Origin: an uncultured delta proteobacterium
GTDB taxonomy: Bacteria > Desulfobacterota > Binatia > UBA9968
Length of the DNA: 64,000 bases
Reading direction: 5' to 3'
Assembly (NCBI GenBank): GCA_963745035.1
Contig: CAVUVW010000013.1
Location: 1,088,001 to 1,152,000 of the forward strand
The notes beneath the pieces are model-generated. The model was not told where the DNA came from. It searched no databases and saw only the letters and a program-made list of their open reading frames with translations. Both the position numbers and the translations under genes were made by a program. This document shows positions 51,834-61,386 of this stretch, piece by piece (position 1 is the stretch's first letter; the number at the start of each line of letters is the position of its first letter).

Positions 51834-52184
51834 CTATTCTTTCTTAGGCTCACCCTGCTGGTCGAAAAATTTGAGCGCCATGGTGCCGTGGGTGGCGGCC
51901 GCTCCGGCGCGTAGCGCGGCGGCAATCAGCGACGCTTCGACGACCTCTTCGCGCGAGGCGCCGGCGGCGTGGGCCGCTTTGGCGTGCGATTCCATGCAGT
52001 ACGGACATTGGGTGGTGGCGGAAACCGCAATGGCGATCAGCTCGCGGTACTTCTTTGGGATTGCGCCGTTCTCTCGGCCGACGGTCTTCTCCAGTGCCAG
52101 CCAGGCGTTGAAATCATCGGGCGCCAGCTTGCGCATGTCGCGCATCAACTTGATATCGTTCTCGTCATGAAAATGTTCCGACAT
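51834..52184 (-). CDS. Carboxymuconolactone decarboxylase/AhpD family protein
   Basis: KYRELIAIAVSATTQCPYCMESH and GASREEVVE; GGAGG RBS. Confidence 0.93.
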   Translation of the reverse strand: MSEHFHDENDIKLMRDMRKLAPDDFNAWLALEKTVGRENGAIPKKYRELIAIAVSATTQCPYCMESHAKAAHAAGASREEVVEASLIAAALRAGAAATHGTMALKFFDQQGEPKKE

Positions 52185-52283
52185 ATCGACAAAACCTCCT
52201 GCGGTGGCCGCATTATTCCTGCATTTAAAATAGGAATGCAATCAAATTGACAGCGCGACCGGCGCTACGCTACTGCTAGGTTC

Positions 52284-53396
52284 ATGCACGCTTCGGTGTC
52301 TTCTCATCTGGCCGCCCAGTGCGGCATCTGCGGCACGATTCTCTCCGGCGCGGCCAGTGTCGTCTATCGCACTTTCGGCATTCGTCGCAGCCCGCGCAAC
52401 CCGAATATCTGCACGCGCTGCAGCACCCACGTCGAAGAGGGCCGCGTGGTCGAAATCACCGTGCTCTTCGCCGACCTGTCGTCTTTCACCGAGCTGACCC
52501 AAGAGCTTGGCGCCGAGAAAACCCACGAAGTGGTCGATGCGTACTTGCGCATGGCCACCGACGTGCTGGTGAAGCATGGCGCCTTCATCGACAAGTACGT
52601 CGGCGACGCGGTAATGGCTCTCTTCAACGTGGCGCTCCGCCACGAGGATCACGCCCGGCGCGCCATCGCGGCGGCGATGGAGTTGGAAAGCGAAATCAAA
52701 AATCTAGGAAACCATTTTGGATTGCCTCTGCAGATTTCGGTGGGGATCGCCACAGGCCATGCGCGGGTGGGTCGGTTGGGGTCCGACGATAGCAAAGATT
52801 TCACCGCGATCGGCGATGTGGTGAATCTCGCGGCTCGCCTGCAAGGGAAGGCCGGCACGGGTGAAATTTTGGTGAGTCGGGAAAGCTATGCGAAGCACGC
52901 CGCCGATTTCCCCGACGCGCGATCGGAATCGGTCATCCTCAAGGGCTTCCGCGAACCGGTGACCGCCTATCGATTGCAAGGCGCGGGAACCCATCGTTTG
53001 GTGAACGACGTTGCCGACGGAAGCGGCCGGCAGAGCACGAGCTTGGGAGCGATCGTCTTCGGGATACTCGGCGCGCCGTGTGCGGTGGCGACGCTCATCG
53101 GCCCGCTGGCGGTGGCTTTAGGTGCAGGAAGTCTCTTCGGTCTCGCCGGCGCGTTGACGTTTCTCGATCAGAGCGCGCTGCGCATTCCGATTCTAGTGCT
53201 CGCCGCGCTTGCGGCGCTGGCAAATCTTTACACGCTTTGGCGCGCCCGGAAGCTCCGAGCGGAATCGAAGATCCCCGAACATCTCAAGACCATGACGAGC
53301 CTGGAGAAGCGCCAGACCATATTCGTGCTCAGCGCAGCGATCGCCACCCTGGGCATCGTAGTTTTCGAAGTCGTCGCCCACGCGCTCATGCATTAA
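52284..53396 (+). CDS. Class III adenylate/guanylate cyclase with N-terminal CxxC..CxxC and C-terminal TM domain
   Basis: TVLFADLSSFT, DKYVGDAVMALF and FTAIGDVVNLAARLQ; CGIC/CTRC; three or more C-terminal hydrophobic helices. Confidence 0.9.
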   Translation: MHASVSSHLAAQCGICGTILSGAASVVYRTFGIRRSPRNPNICTRCSTHVEEGRVVEITVLFADLSSFTELTQELGAEKTHEVVDAYLRMATDVLVKHGAFIDKYVGDAVMALFNVALRHEDHARRAIAAAMELESEIKNLGNHFGLPLQISVGIATGHARVGRLGSDDSKDFTAIGDVVNLAARLQGKAGTGEILVSRESYAKHAADFPDARSESVILKGFREPVTAYRLQGAGTHRLVNDVADGSGRQSTSLGAIVFGILGAPCAVATLIGPLAVALGAGSLFGLAGALTFLDQSALRIPILVLAALAALANLYTLWRARKLRAESKIPEHLKTMTSLEKRQTIFVLSAAIATLGIVVFEVVAHALMH

Positions 53397-53453
53397 CCGG
53401 TCGGGGATTCAACGCCCACTTCTTTCAATGCGAGCACGTTTCGGCGCGGCCGA

Positions 53454-53858
53454 TCAATCCGTGCACGGCAGCTCGGATTCGTCGATCTCCACCCAGCTCA
53501 CCCGGCTGCTCCAGTGGCCGTGCGCCGACGGTTTACCCGGCGGTAGATCGTCGAGAGTTCCCGCCGGCACGATCGCCCGCGTGCCGTCGCGCGAGGCGTG
53601 CGGCACCGGGCAGTTGCAAGTGCCGCAGATCTGCCGCGCGAAGCTTTTTGCCTCCGGTAAATCGTAGCGCTTGATCAGTTCTTCGCCCCGGGTCCAGCGA
53701 AACTGTCCGATCGGCACCGCGATATTGGTCGAGCGCACGCCGCCGGTCGCCTTGCGGCAACGGGAACAATAGCAATGACCGAAGCGCATGAACGGCGTGC
53801 TCACTTCGTAGCCTACCGACTTGCAGAGGCAGCTTCCATGCAGAGTCTGTTCGGACAT
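53454..53858 (-). CDS. GFA (glutathione-dependent formaldehyde-activating/CENP-V) family protein
   Basis: GSCLC, HCYCSRCRKATG, CGTC and AGTLD. Confidence 0.92.
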   Translation of the reverse strand: MSEQTLHGSCLCKSVGYEVSTPFMRFGHCYCSRCRKATGGVRSTNIAVPIGQFRWTRGEELIKRYDLPEAKSFARQICGTCNCPVPHASRDGTRAIVPAGTLDDLPPGKPSAHGHWSSRVSWVEIDESELPCTD

Positions 53859-54110
53859 GAGTTCCTCCGTAGATCGCTGTAGTTTCGCCGCGCTGGCGCG
53901 ATCACGACGCGAGTCTATTTTGAAACCACAGCTATGGCAAGAAGAACCGGGCGCCGGCTTTCCTGCGCCGCCGCAATTTCAGGGAGGAAGGCCGCCGGCT
54001 TGCCTCAATCCGTGCGGGTCGGCGGACATTCGCCGAAGACTTCCGCCACCGTTGACAAAACTCGGGCGGCTCTTCTAGAGTCGCGTAATCAAAATTCGGA
54101 GGAACTTCCC

Positions 54111-54839
54111 ATGGCGGATGCGGTGCTCCTGCAAAAAGACGGCGAGATCACGACCATCACATTGAACCGGCCCGAAGCCGGGAACCGGCAGACCGACGCC
54201 ACTTGGGCGCAGGTGACGGAGATGCTCAACCAGGCGGGAAAATCGTCGCGGGCAATTCTTTTCAAAGGCGCGGGAGAAGATTTCTGCCTCGGCCGGGAGG
54301 CGATGGGCCAGCAGCCGACGACGCCGCTCGAGGCCTACAGCGTGCGCGATCGCAGCGAAACGATTTTCAATCTCTACGGGGCGTTTCGTAATTCGGCCGC
54401 GCCGATCATCGGCGTCGTGCAGGGACGCGCCGTGGGACTCGGCTGCGCCCTCGCTGCGCTGTGCGACATCACCATCGCAGCCGACAAGGCACGCTTTCAG
54501 TTTCCCGAGACCGCGCACCGCATCATGCCGACCATCGCCTTTTCTGCGCTGGTCGATCGCGTGCCGCGCAAGGCGGCCACTTTCCTAATTTACTCGGCCC
54601 AGGAAATCGACGCGCAGAAGGCATTGACTTTCGGACTGGCGAGCGACGTCGTGCCCGCGCACGAGCTCGACGCCGCGGTCGACAAATTGGTCGAGCATTT
54701 CAATAAAATGCCGCTCGCCGCCGTGCTCGCGGTCAAAGAATATTCGCGCGCCGCCTTCGGCATCGGTACGCAGGCGGCCACCGATTTCGCGCGCAACCTG
54801 CACGCCACCGTGAACAGCTTCTCGGGCATGCGCTCCTGA
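54111..54839 (+). CDS. Enoyl-CoA hydratase/isomerase family protein
   Basis: ITLNRPEAGN, DFCLG, VQGRAVGLGCALAALCDI and FQFPE. Confidence 0.9.
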   Translation: MADAVLLQKDGEITTITLNRPEAGNRQTDATWAQVTEMLNQAGKSSRAILFKGAGEDFCLGREAMGQQPTTPLEAYSVRDRSETIFNLYGAFRNSAAPIIGVVQGRAVGLGCALAALCDITIAADKARFQFPETAHRIMPTIAFSALVDRVPRKAATFLIYSAQEIDAQKALTFGLASDVVPAHELDAAVDKLVEHFNKMPLAAVLAVKEYSRAAFGIGTQAATDFARNLHATVNSFSGMRS

Positions 54840-54890
54840 TGGGATGAAACCAAACGGCGCGGCGAGCGCATCCGCCGTTCGTGGGGAAAG

Positions 54891-55208
54891 CTACCGGCGC
54901 GCCGGGGCGGCTTTTTTGCGATAGAGGCGGCGCAGCTCGCTCTTCGCCGCTTCGAGGCGGTCGCGGCGGCGCCGCGGCAGTTTGCGGCCGGCCCGGTTGA
55001 TGTAGAAATTCAGCATCGACATCGCCGAGCGAAACGGATCGGCCTTGCGCCGGCGGCTGCGCTCCGCCGAGCGCTTGAGCGACAAGGCGATCCGGCGCGG
55101 GCTGTCGAGCGAAAACACTCCCTTGTCGAGATCCAAAGCGTCGCTCGTCTCGGTCACCCGGCGCGACCAGCGCTTGGGCTTTCTTGAGGTCCTTTTTGCT
55201 TTCGCCAT
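54891..55208 (-). CDS. DUF3175 domain protein
   Basis: WSRRVTETSDALDL..GVF, SLKRSAERSRRRKA.PFRSAMSMLNFYINRAG. Confidence 0.88.
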   Translation of the reverse strand: MAKAKRTSRKPKRWSRRVTETSDALDLDKGVFSLDSPRRIALSLKRSAERSRRRKADPFRSAMSMLNFYINRAGRKLPRRRRDRLEAAKSELRRLYRKKAAPARR

Positions 55209-55248
55209 TGCAGACTCATTGCGATTTCTTGCGCAATCGTTGCGCGAT

Positions 55249-55863
55249 TCACGGATTGCCCAATAACTGCGCATCGCGCCCAATCGCGGCTTGTGGCGGA
55301 GCGCGATGCGCAGCCGATAAATCTCTTTTAAGAATCTCAAGCTCACGCAACCAGTCGGGCTGCCCGTTCAAGCCGGACTCCGCCACCTCGAGAAAGCGCA
55401 GCGAGCGTTGATAGTCGGCAAGCTCGTAGTGGGCGCGCGCGAGATAAAAATGCATGAACGGGCCGGCGTCGACCCCCAGCGCTTTTTCCAGGTAGTAAAC
55501 GGCCCGTTGATGCTCTCCGCTTTGCAGCGAGGTGCGGCCGGTCTCCGCCAGGCGCAAGGCCGCCGCTCGGCGCGGCGGCGTGGCTCGGTTGATCGCCGTC
55601 AAAAGCGAACGGTGGGGCTTGGTGTCGTTCCAGCGCTCCTCGGTGCTGCGCGCCATCGCGTCGCCGCCGGGCGACGTTTTATCCACTGCGCCTCTGCCAG
55701 GCACCCACGTCCGGCCGAACCGGCGATCCAGAAAATCATTGTCCCAGACGACGACTTTGCCGTTTTGATCGCGGCCGACCTTAAACGCACCGACCGGCGT
55801 CGCGGGCATGACCAAGCATGCGACGAATGCGATCGAATAAATGAGTTGTCCGGATCGTGACAT
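55249..55863 (-). CDS. Secreted TPR protein
   Basis: Signal peptide; AVYYLEKALGVD..HFYLARAHYEL..SLRFLEVAE. Confidence 0.75.
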   Translation of the reverse strand: MSRSGQLIYSIAFVACLVMPATPVGAFKVGRDQNGKVVVWDNDFLDRRFGRTWVPGRGAVDKTSPGGDAMARSTEERWNDTKPHRSLLTAINRATPPRRAAALRLAETGRTSLQSGEHQRAVYYLEKALGVDAGPFMHFYLARAHYELADYQRSLRFLEVAESGLNGQPDWLRELEILKRDLSAAHRAPPQAAIGRDAQLLGNP

Positions 55864-55929
55864 GGTTGCCGGCCAATGCGCGCGACTAACTGTTGCGCGC
55901 GCTTGAGATTTCCCACGGCGAGTTATTTG

Positions 55930-55945
55930 CGCAAAACAGATGCCA
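55930..55945 (-). promoter_or_regulatory. Putative sigma54 promoter
   Basis: Reverse complement TGGCATCTGTTTTGCG = GG-N10-GC, ~67 bp upstream of ATG 55863. Confidence 0.55.
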
Positions 55946-55978
55946 GCACACGGCGTCGTTGATAGAGATTTCTCGAAC

Positions 55979-56275
55979 TCAGGAGTCGGGCGGGCGCCAA
56001 TTTCGTCGTGATGCAGCCGGAGTAATCAAGACTCTCGAATCCGCCTCGAGATCATTTTTCTTAGCGCCGCGAATATTTAGCGCCGCGAGACATACCTGAA
56101 GAATGATCAAAGCGTAGGCTCGGGCATACCATCCCCAGACGACCCAGAGGAGATTACTGACAAGAAAAACCCAAAAACCTAGATTGCGCTTGCGCGGCGA
56201 GCGAGAACCGACCAGCCAGGCGGCTGCGACGGTCAGGAGCATCGCGGGCCACTGAGTCAAATTGAGATAATCCAT
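55979..56275 (-). CDS. Small three-TM hypothetical membrane protein
   Basis: QWPAMLLTVAAAWLVGS..GFWVFLVSNLLWVVWG..YALIILQVCLAALNIRG. Confidence 0.8.
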   Translation of the reverse strand: MDYLNLTQWPAMLLTVAAAWLVGSRSPRKRNLGFWVFLVSNLLWVVWGWYARAYALIILQVCLAALNIRGAKKNDLEADSRVLITPAASRRNWRPPDS

Positions 56276-56385
56276 ACCATGGTCCGACGAACTGTCTTGA
56301 CTATGTGACAAGGCGTCTCAGAAACGCGACGGCTTCTCATCACAATCGCTTGGTTTGCATCGCCGATCGAAGCGACCTGCAATGT

Positions 56386-57120
56386 CTACGGCAGCGGATG
56401 GCGCGCCGCCGCCGCCGCGAGCTCCTTCTCGTTGGTCAAATCCAGGCGCAACGGCGTCATGGAAACATAACCCTGCTCTACCGCCCAGCGATCGGTGCCC
56501 TCTTCCGTGCCTTCGATGGGAAAAACGGCGAACCAGAAATGCTTGCGTCCCATCGGGTCCTCGCCCGGCACGACCTTGCCGTCGTAATGGCGCACCGACT
56601 GCCGCGCCCAGCGCAGGCCCTTCGGCTTGCAGCTTGGAAAATTGACGTTGACGAGCGTTAGCTTTTCATCTTTGAGCAGGATTTCCAGAACCTGGGACAC
56701 AGAAGGCTTCAAAGTCTCGAAATCCGGCTCGCCGGCGGACGACGGCACGCTCAGCGCAACGCCGCGCAGACCGAGCAAGGTTGCCTGCTTCGCCGCCGCG
56801 ACGGTGCCCGAATGCCACATCGAGTTTCCCAGGTTCGAGCCGAGATTGATGCCGGAGAGAACGATGTCCACCTTCTCCCAGTTGTGCGCGCCCAGCGCGA
56901 CGCAATCCGCCGGCGTGCCGTTCACCCGGTAGGCGTCGAAGCCGGCCACCACGGTGCGCTTGTAGGAGAGCGGGCGCAGAGCGGTGATCGAATGCCCCGC
57001 CGAGGAGCGCTCCACGTCAGGCGCGACGATCTGCACGTCGCCGAAGCTTGCCGCCACTTCGGCAAGCGAGAGAATGCCCGGACTGTAAATGCCGTCATCG
57101 TTGGTAATTAAAATGCGCAT
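56386..57120 (-). CDS. surE: 5'/3'-nucleotidase SurE
   Basis: [33 protein letters not shown] and SMTPL. Confidence 0.96.
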   Translation of the reverse strand: MRILITNDDGIYSPGILSLAEVAASFGDVQIVAPDVERSSAGHSITALRPLSYKRTVVAGFDAYRVNGTPADCVALGAHNWEKVDIVLSGINLGSNLGNSMWHSGTVAAAKQATLLGLRGVALSVPSSAGEPDFETLKPSVSQVLEILLKDEKLTLVNVNFPSCKPKGLRWARQSVRHYDGKVVPGEDPMGRKHFWFAVFPIEGTEEGTDRWAVEQGYVSMTPLRLDLTNEKELAAAAARHPLP

Positions 57121-57208
57121 CGCTCAAAACCTCCTTGAATCGAGGTGTCACCGCTGCCACTATCTAGTATTTCATATTCGAACGGCTGCTTCAGCGGCAG
57201 GGACAAAA

Positions 57209-58126
57209 ATGAAAGTCACCCTCATCCACAACCCCGCGGCGGGAAGCGAAGAGCAAGCGTCCGGCGAGGATCTGGCGCGGCTGGTTCGCGCCGCCGGACA
57301 TTCGGTGCGCTATCAATCCTCCAAACGCGCCGGTTGGCAAGAAGCGCTCGCCGAGCCCGCCGATCTCGTAGCGGTGGCGGGAGGCGACGGTATTGTCGGC
57401 AACGTGCTCAAAAAGCTGGTCGGTCGCGGGCTTGCCGCAACCATTCTGCCCATGGGCACCGCCAACAACATCGCCGGCGCGCTGGACTTAAGCGGCCGCG
57501 AGCTGAAGGGTTTGATCGCCGGCTGGACGAGCGCGCGCCGGATGAAATTCGACGTCAGTACCGCCAAGGGTCCCTGGGGCTCCAAGTATATCGTCGAAGG
57601 AATCGGCATCGGCGCCTTTGCCGACACCATGTCGAAACTCGACGCGCGAAAAAACATCGATCTGGCGCATCACGACGTGCCCGACAAAAAACTCGAATCG
57701 GTGTTGCACATCATGAGTATTCGCCTGGAAGGTGCTCGATCGCTGCCGCTAAAAATCACTCTCGATGGCGCCGATCTCACCGGCGAATACGTCCTTTTGG
57801 AGGCGATGAATATCCGCTCGATCGGGCCGAATCTGCAGTTGGCAGCGGACGCCGATCCCGGCGACGGGCTCATCGATCTTGTGCTGGTCGCGGATCACGA
57901 GCGGGAAAAGCTCAGTAGGTATCTAGCCGAGCGGATCGCCGGTAAGTCAGGCGTGCCGCAGCTCTCGGTCCGCCGCGGCCGGCATTTGCGTATCGAATCG
58001 GACGAGGTCCGCCTGCACATCGACGACGACATCTGGCCCGAGCACGGCGAGCACCCGCCCTACTCCCCGATGATCATCGACGTGGAGCTCCATTCGGAAA
58101 GTCTGGCGATCCTGGTCCCGTCCTGA
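57209..58126 (+). CDS. Diacylglycerol/lipid kinase family protein
   Basis: IHNPAAG, VAGGDG, LPMGTANN and ADPGDGLIDLV. Confidence 0.92.
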   Translation: MKVTLIHNPAAGSEEQASGEDLARLVRAAGHSVRYQSSKRAGWQEALAEPADLVAVAGGDGIVGNVLKKLVGRGLAATILPMGTANNIAGALDLSGRELKGLIAGWTSARRMKFDVSTAKGPWGSKYIVEGIGIGAFADTMSKLDARKNIDLAHHDVPDKKLESVLHIMSIRLEGARSLPLKITLDGADLTGEYVLLEAMNIRSIGPNLQLAADADPGDGLIDLVLVADHEREKLSRYLAERIAGKSGVPQLSVRRGRHLRIESDEVRLHIDDDIWPEHGEHPPYSPMIIDVELHSESLAILVPS

Positions 58127-58141
58127 GCAAAGCTCCCGGTT

Positions 58142-59119
58142 TTACTTCGAACTGAGATCGATGCCGAGCAGCCGCGCCGCGTTGCCCGACTCAATCGCCT
58201 CGCGATCGCCCACGCCGAGCTGCAGATCGTCCAAATCCTTCAATTGCAGATCGATGTCTTCGCGGAACGGTATGTCGGTGCCGAAAAGAATATGATCGAC
58301 GCCGAACATCGAGAGCGCCATGCGCAGCGCGGGGACGTTGCGGCACACCGTGTCATAGTAAAAGCGCTTGAAGTAGGCTTCCGGCGGCGCGCTTAGATTT
58401 TCGCTACACGGGGGAAAGCGCTCGTAGCCCCATTGGATCCGGCCCATGAGATACGGCGCCAGACCGCCCAGGTGCGGAAAAATCATTTGCAGGCGCGGAT
58501 GGCGCTCGAAGACGCCGGCAAACACCAGGCGGGTCGCCGCCAGGGTGGTTTCGAACATGAAACCGACCACGTTCGCCAGATTCATCTCCAGCATGCAGTC
58601 GAGCCCGGGCGGCGAGATCGGATGCAGCAAGAACGGCAGGCCGCGCCGCTCGAGCTCGGCGTAGACGGGCAGAAACGCGGCGTCGTTCAACGGCCGCCCG
58701 CCCGCCGTGCCCATGAGCGCGGCGCCGACGACGCTCGGCTCTTCCGCGAAGCGGTCGAGCACCTCGACCGCCGAGTCGGGAAACTGCAGCGGCAAGGTAA
58801 GCAGCACGCGAAATTTCTCCGGGTGCGCGCGCGCCGGCTCTACGATCATGTCGTTGGCCATCGCGGTCAAATCTGCCGCCGCCTGCTTGTCCCGCACCAG
58901 CGCGCCGTGAAACGGCACGGACAGCACCTGCATGCCGACGCCCCATTTGTCCATTTCCTCCAGCCGTCCATCGACCTCGGTCATGCGCGGGTCGGCGCTC
59001 ATCCACTTGATCAAACGCTGCGCGTCCTGCCCGGCCGGGGAGTTGTCGTTGCCGAAAACCCGCCGCAGCCCCTCGATGTAAGGTTTGGAAAAAATATGAG
59101 CGTGCACGTCGATCCGCAT
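58142..59119 (-). CDS. Amidohydrolase family 2 (ACMSD-like decarboxylase)
   Basis: IDVHAH, LLHP, PHLGG..PY...R, FYYDT and ILFGTD.PF. Confidence 0.92.
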   Translation of the reverse strand: MRIDVHAHIFSKPYIEGLRRVFGNDNSPAGQDAQRLIKWMSADPRMTEVDGRLEEMDKWGVGMQVLSVPFHGALVRDKQAAADLTAMANDMIVEPARAHPEKFRVLLTLPLQFPDSAVEVLDRFAEEPSVVGAALMGTAGGRPLNDAAFLPVYAELERRGLPFLLHPISPPGLDCMLEMNLANVVGFMFETTLAATRLVFAGVFERHPRLQMIFPHLGGLAPYLMGRIQWGYERFPPCSENLSAPPEAYFKRFYYDTVCRNVPALRMALSMFGVDHILFGTDIPFREDIDLQLKDLDDLQLGVGDREAIESGNAARLLGIDLSSK

Positions 59120-59368
59120 AATTACCTCCGAAGTCCCGTGGTCGCGCATCATTGCGCCGTCAAGCCAACGATCCTCCAATTTGTGCCTCGAGATCAAGAT
59201 CCTGAAAGTTGGTCCTATTTGGTTCCATACCCAAACACCCGCCCATCTGCCATACGCATCCTTTACACTAGCGCGCGCATCTAATCAGCCAGATTCTTCC
59301 CTATTCAGCGGAAGACTGTCCGTGATATCGATTTTCAATCGACGAAATTATTTACGGAGGTTTCATCC

Positions 59369-59917
59369 ATGTCTAAGCGCAATATCGTTATCGGCGCGGG
59401 CGTTCTCGCCTTGGCTGTCGGCTGGTACGCGTTTCGGCCGGAGTTGCTGTTTATCAACAAGACGGTCAACGAGGAGTTTCCCGGCGGGGCGGCGATGGCC
59501 CCGATCGAAAAGGGGCCAATGGCAATCACGAAGGGTAATTTCAAATCGTTGGCGCATGAGACCAAAGGGACGGCGTCCATTTATCAGCTCGGCGACGGCA
59601 AGCGCGCTCTGCGCCTGACCGAGTTCGAGACTTCCAACGGGCCGGACGTTCACGTCTACTTGACCGCGGCCGAAGTGGAAAAAGGCAGCGATGCAATCAA
59701 GGAAGCCGGCTTCATCGACCTCGGTTCGATGAAAGGCAACAAAGGCGATCAGAACTACGACCTTCCGGCGGACGTGGACTTGAATAAGTATAAAAACGTC
59801 ACGATCTGGTGCGCACGGTTCGGCGTGAACTTCGGCGAGGCGGCTTTGGCTGCGCCGGTTTCGATGCCGGCCAAAGTCGCTGAAGGTAGCTTCCACGGCG
59901 TGGCCCATGAAACCAAG
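59369..59917 (+). CDS. DM13 domain protein, 5' part (domain 1 and start of domain 2; interrupted by an inversion)
   Basis: GGAGG RBS; HETKG.A.IY, FETSNGPDVHVYL, KGN.GDQNY and TIWCARFGVNFG; then GSFHGVAHETK; as assembled the ORF runs on to a stop at 59959. Confidence 0.88.
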
Positions 59918-59990
59918 CCGAAGGAGCGCACCAAGGACACGAAAAATGAAATAACTTGAGTCTTCCCGTTCTTCGCGTTCCTTCGTGGTG
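59915..59990. repeat. CACCACGAAG/CTTCGTGGTG-family palindromic repeat
   Basis: CACCAAGGACACGAA ... TTCGCGTTCCTTCGTGGTG; related motifs at 40673-40700 and 60441-60450. Confidence 0.6.
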
Positions 59991-60006
59991 GAGATTTCTT
60001 ATCTCC

Positions 60007-60307
60007 TCAGCTCCTCGCCGAGGAGAGCGGAGCGGTGGCGAAGTTGACGCCGAAGCGGCAGCACCAGATCGTTACGGCGCGATATTTCTTGAGATCAACG
60101 CCGGCGGGGCAGGTGGTAGTTCTGATCGCCCATGTTGCCTTTCAAGTCGGCGACGCTGATGAAGCCGGCCTTGGTCACCGTCTCGTTGTCTTTCGCATCG
60201 GCCGCGGCGATGAGGTAGACCTGCACGTCGGGACCGTTGGAGGTTTCGAAGCCGCTGAAGCGCAGCATCTGTTTGCCGTCGCCGAACCGGTAAATGGCCG
60301 CCACGCC
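60007..60307 (-). pseudogene. Inverted second DM13 domain of the 59369 gene
   Basis: GVAAIYRFGDGKQMLRFSGFETSNGPDVQVYL..LKGNMGDQNY..YRAVTIWC.RFGVNFATAPLSSARS* (one indel). Confidence 0.88.
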
Positions 60308-60329
60308 CTTTATGGAAACCACGCAGTTG

Positions 60330-60409
60330 AAGAAAGATCTCTCACTTCGTTCGAGATGACAGATGCGTTTATCTGATTGTCATTCCGAGCGGATGCGAGG
60401 AATCTTTCT
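60330..60409. repeat. TGTCAT-family REP-like palindrome (halves back to back)
   Basis: AAGAAAGATCTCTCACTTCGTTCGAGATGACA ... TGTCATTCCGAGCGGATGCGAGGAATCTTTCT. Confidence 0.75.
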
Positions 60410-60501
60410 CCTCTGTGGGTGTGCGTAAGCTCATGAATCACTTCGTGGTGAAGCTCTTATCACGATAATCAGGCGATCAGTCCCTACACCAACGGACGCA
60501 C

Positions 60502-60561
60502 ATGTCTGAACAAATCAAAATCCTCATCCTCGGCGGCGGCTTTGGCGGGCTCTACACCGCT
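60502..60561 (+). pseudogene. N-terminal remnant of an NDH-2-type FAD oxidoreductase
   Basis: MSEQIKILILGGGFGGLYTA, then runs into the repeat at 60571. Confidence 0.75.
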
Positions 60562-60570
60562 CCACCGCCA

Positions 60571-60658
60571 TGTCATTCTGAGGAGCCTCGCGACAAAGAA
60601 TCTGCTTTAGCTTCCCTGCTGGAAAAAGTAGATCTTTCGCCGTTGGCTCAAGATGACA
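60571..60658. repeat. TGTCAT-family REP-like palindrome
   Basis: TGTCATTCTGAG..AAAGAATCT ... AGATCTTT..CTCAAGATGACA. Confidence 0.75.
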
Positions 60659-60716
60659 CGCGACAAACATCCGCACCGATTCGAATCGAATCGGCATCTA
60701 ATCTTGGAGCACGGTC

Positions 60717-61362
60717 ATGAAAATCATATCCGTCAACGCCGGCCTGCCGCGGGAGATCTTTCACGAAGGCAGAATGATCCGCACCGGGATTTTCAAAGCG
60801 CCGATCGGCGACCGGGTCCGGGTGAACGCGCTCAACATCGAAGGCGATCAGCAAGCCGACTTGACCGTCCACGGCGGCGTCAGCAAGGCGATTTACGTCT
60901 ACCCGCGGAGCACTATGAATTCTGGCGCAAGGAGCTGCCCGGCATGGAACTTCCCTGGGGAAGCTTCGGCGAAAACCTCACTATAGAGGGAATCGTCGAA
61001 AAAGAAATCCACATCGGCGATCGCCTCTGCGCCGGCTCCGTCGAGCTGATCGTTACCGAGCCGCGCCTGCCGTGCTACAAGCTCAACGCGAAGTTTGCCG
61101 CGACGACATGGTGAAGCGCTTTCTACACAGCCGCCGTACCGGCTTCTATCTGTCCGTGGCGCGCGAAGGCGAGATCGGCGCCGGCGACGCGATCCATTTT
61201 TTGAGCCGCGACGAAAGCCGCGTGAGCGTCGCTGAGATCACCCGCTTGTACGCTTTTGATAGGAACGACTTGGTCGGCATGCGGCGCGCCGCGGCGGTTA
61301 CGGCGTTGCCGGAGAGCTGGCGAGCTTATTTTACCGAGCGCGCCGCCAACAGGAGCGAATGA
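60717..61362 (+). CDS. MOSC domain protein (YiiM-like; two frameshifts)
   Basis: TGIFKAP, GDQQADLTVHGG..KA, FGENLT, EPRLPCYKL and TGFYLSV..EG. Confidence 0.9.
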
Positions 61363-61386
61363 GTCCAAGCTCCAGGATGTGCTACA

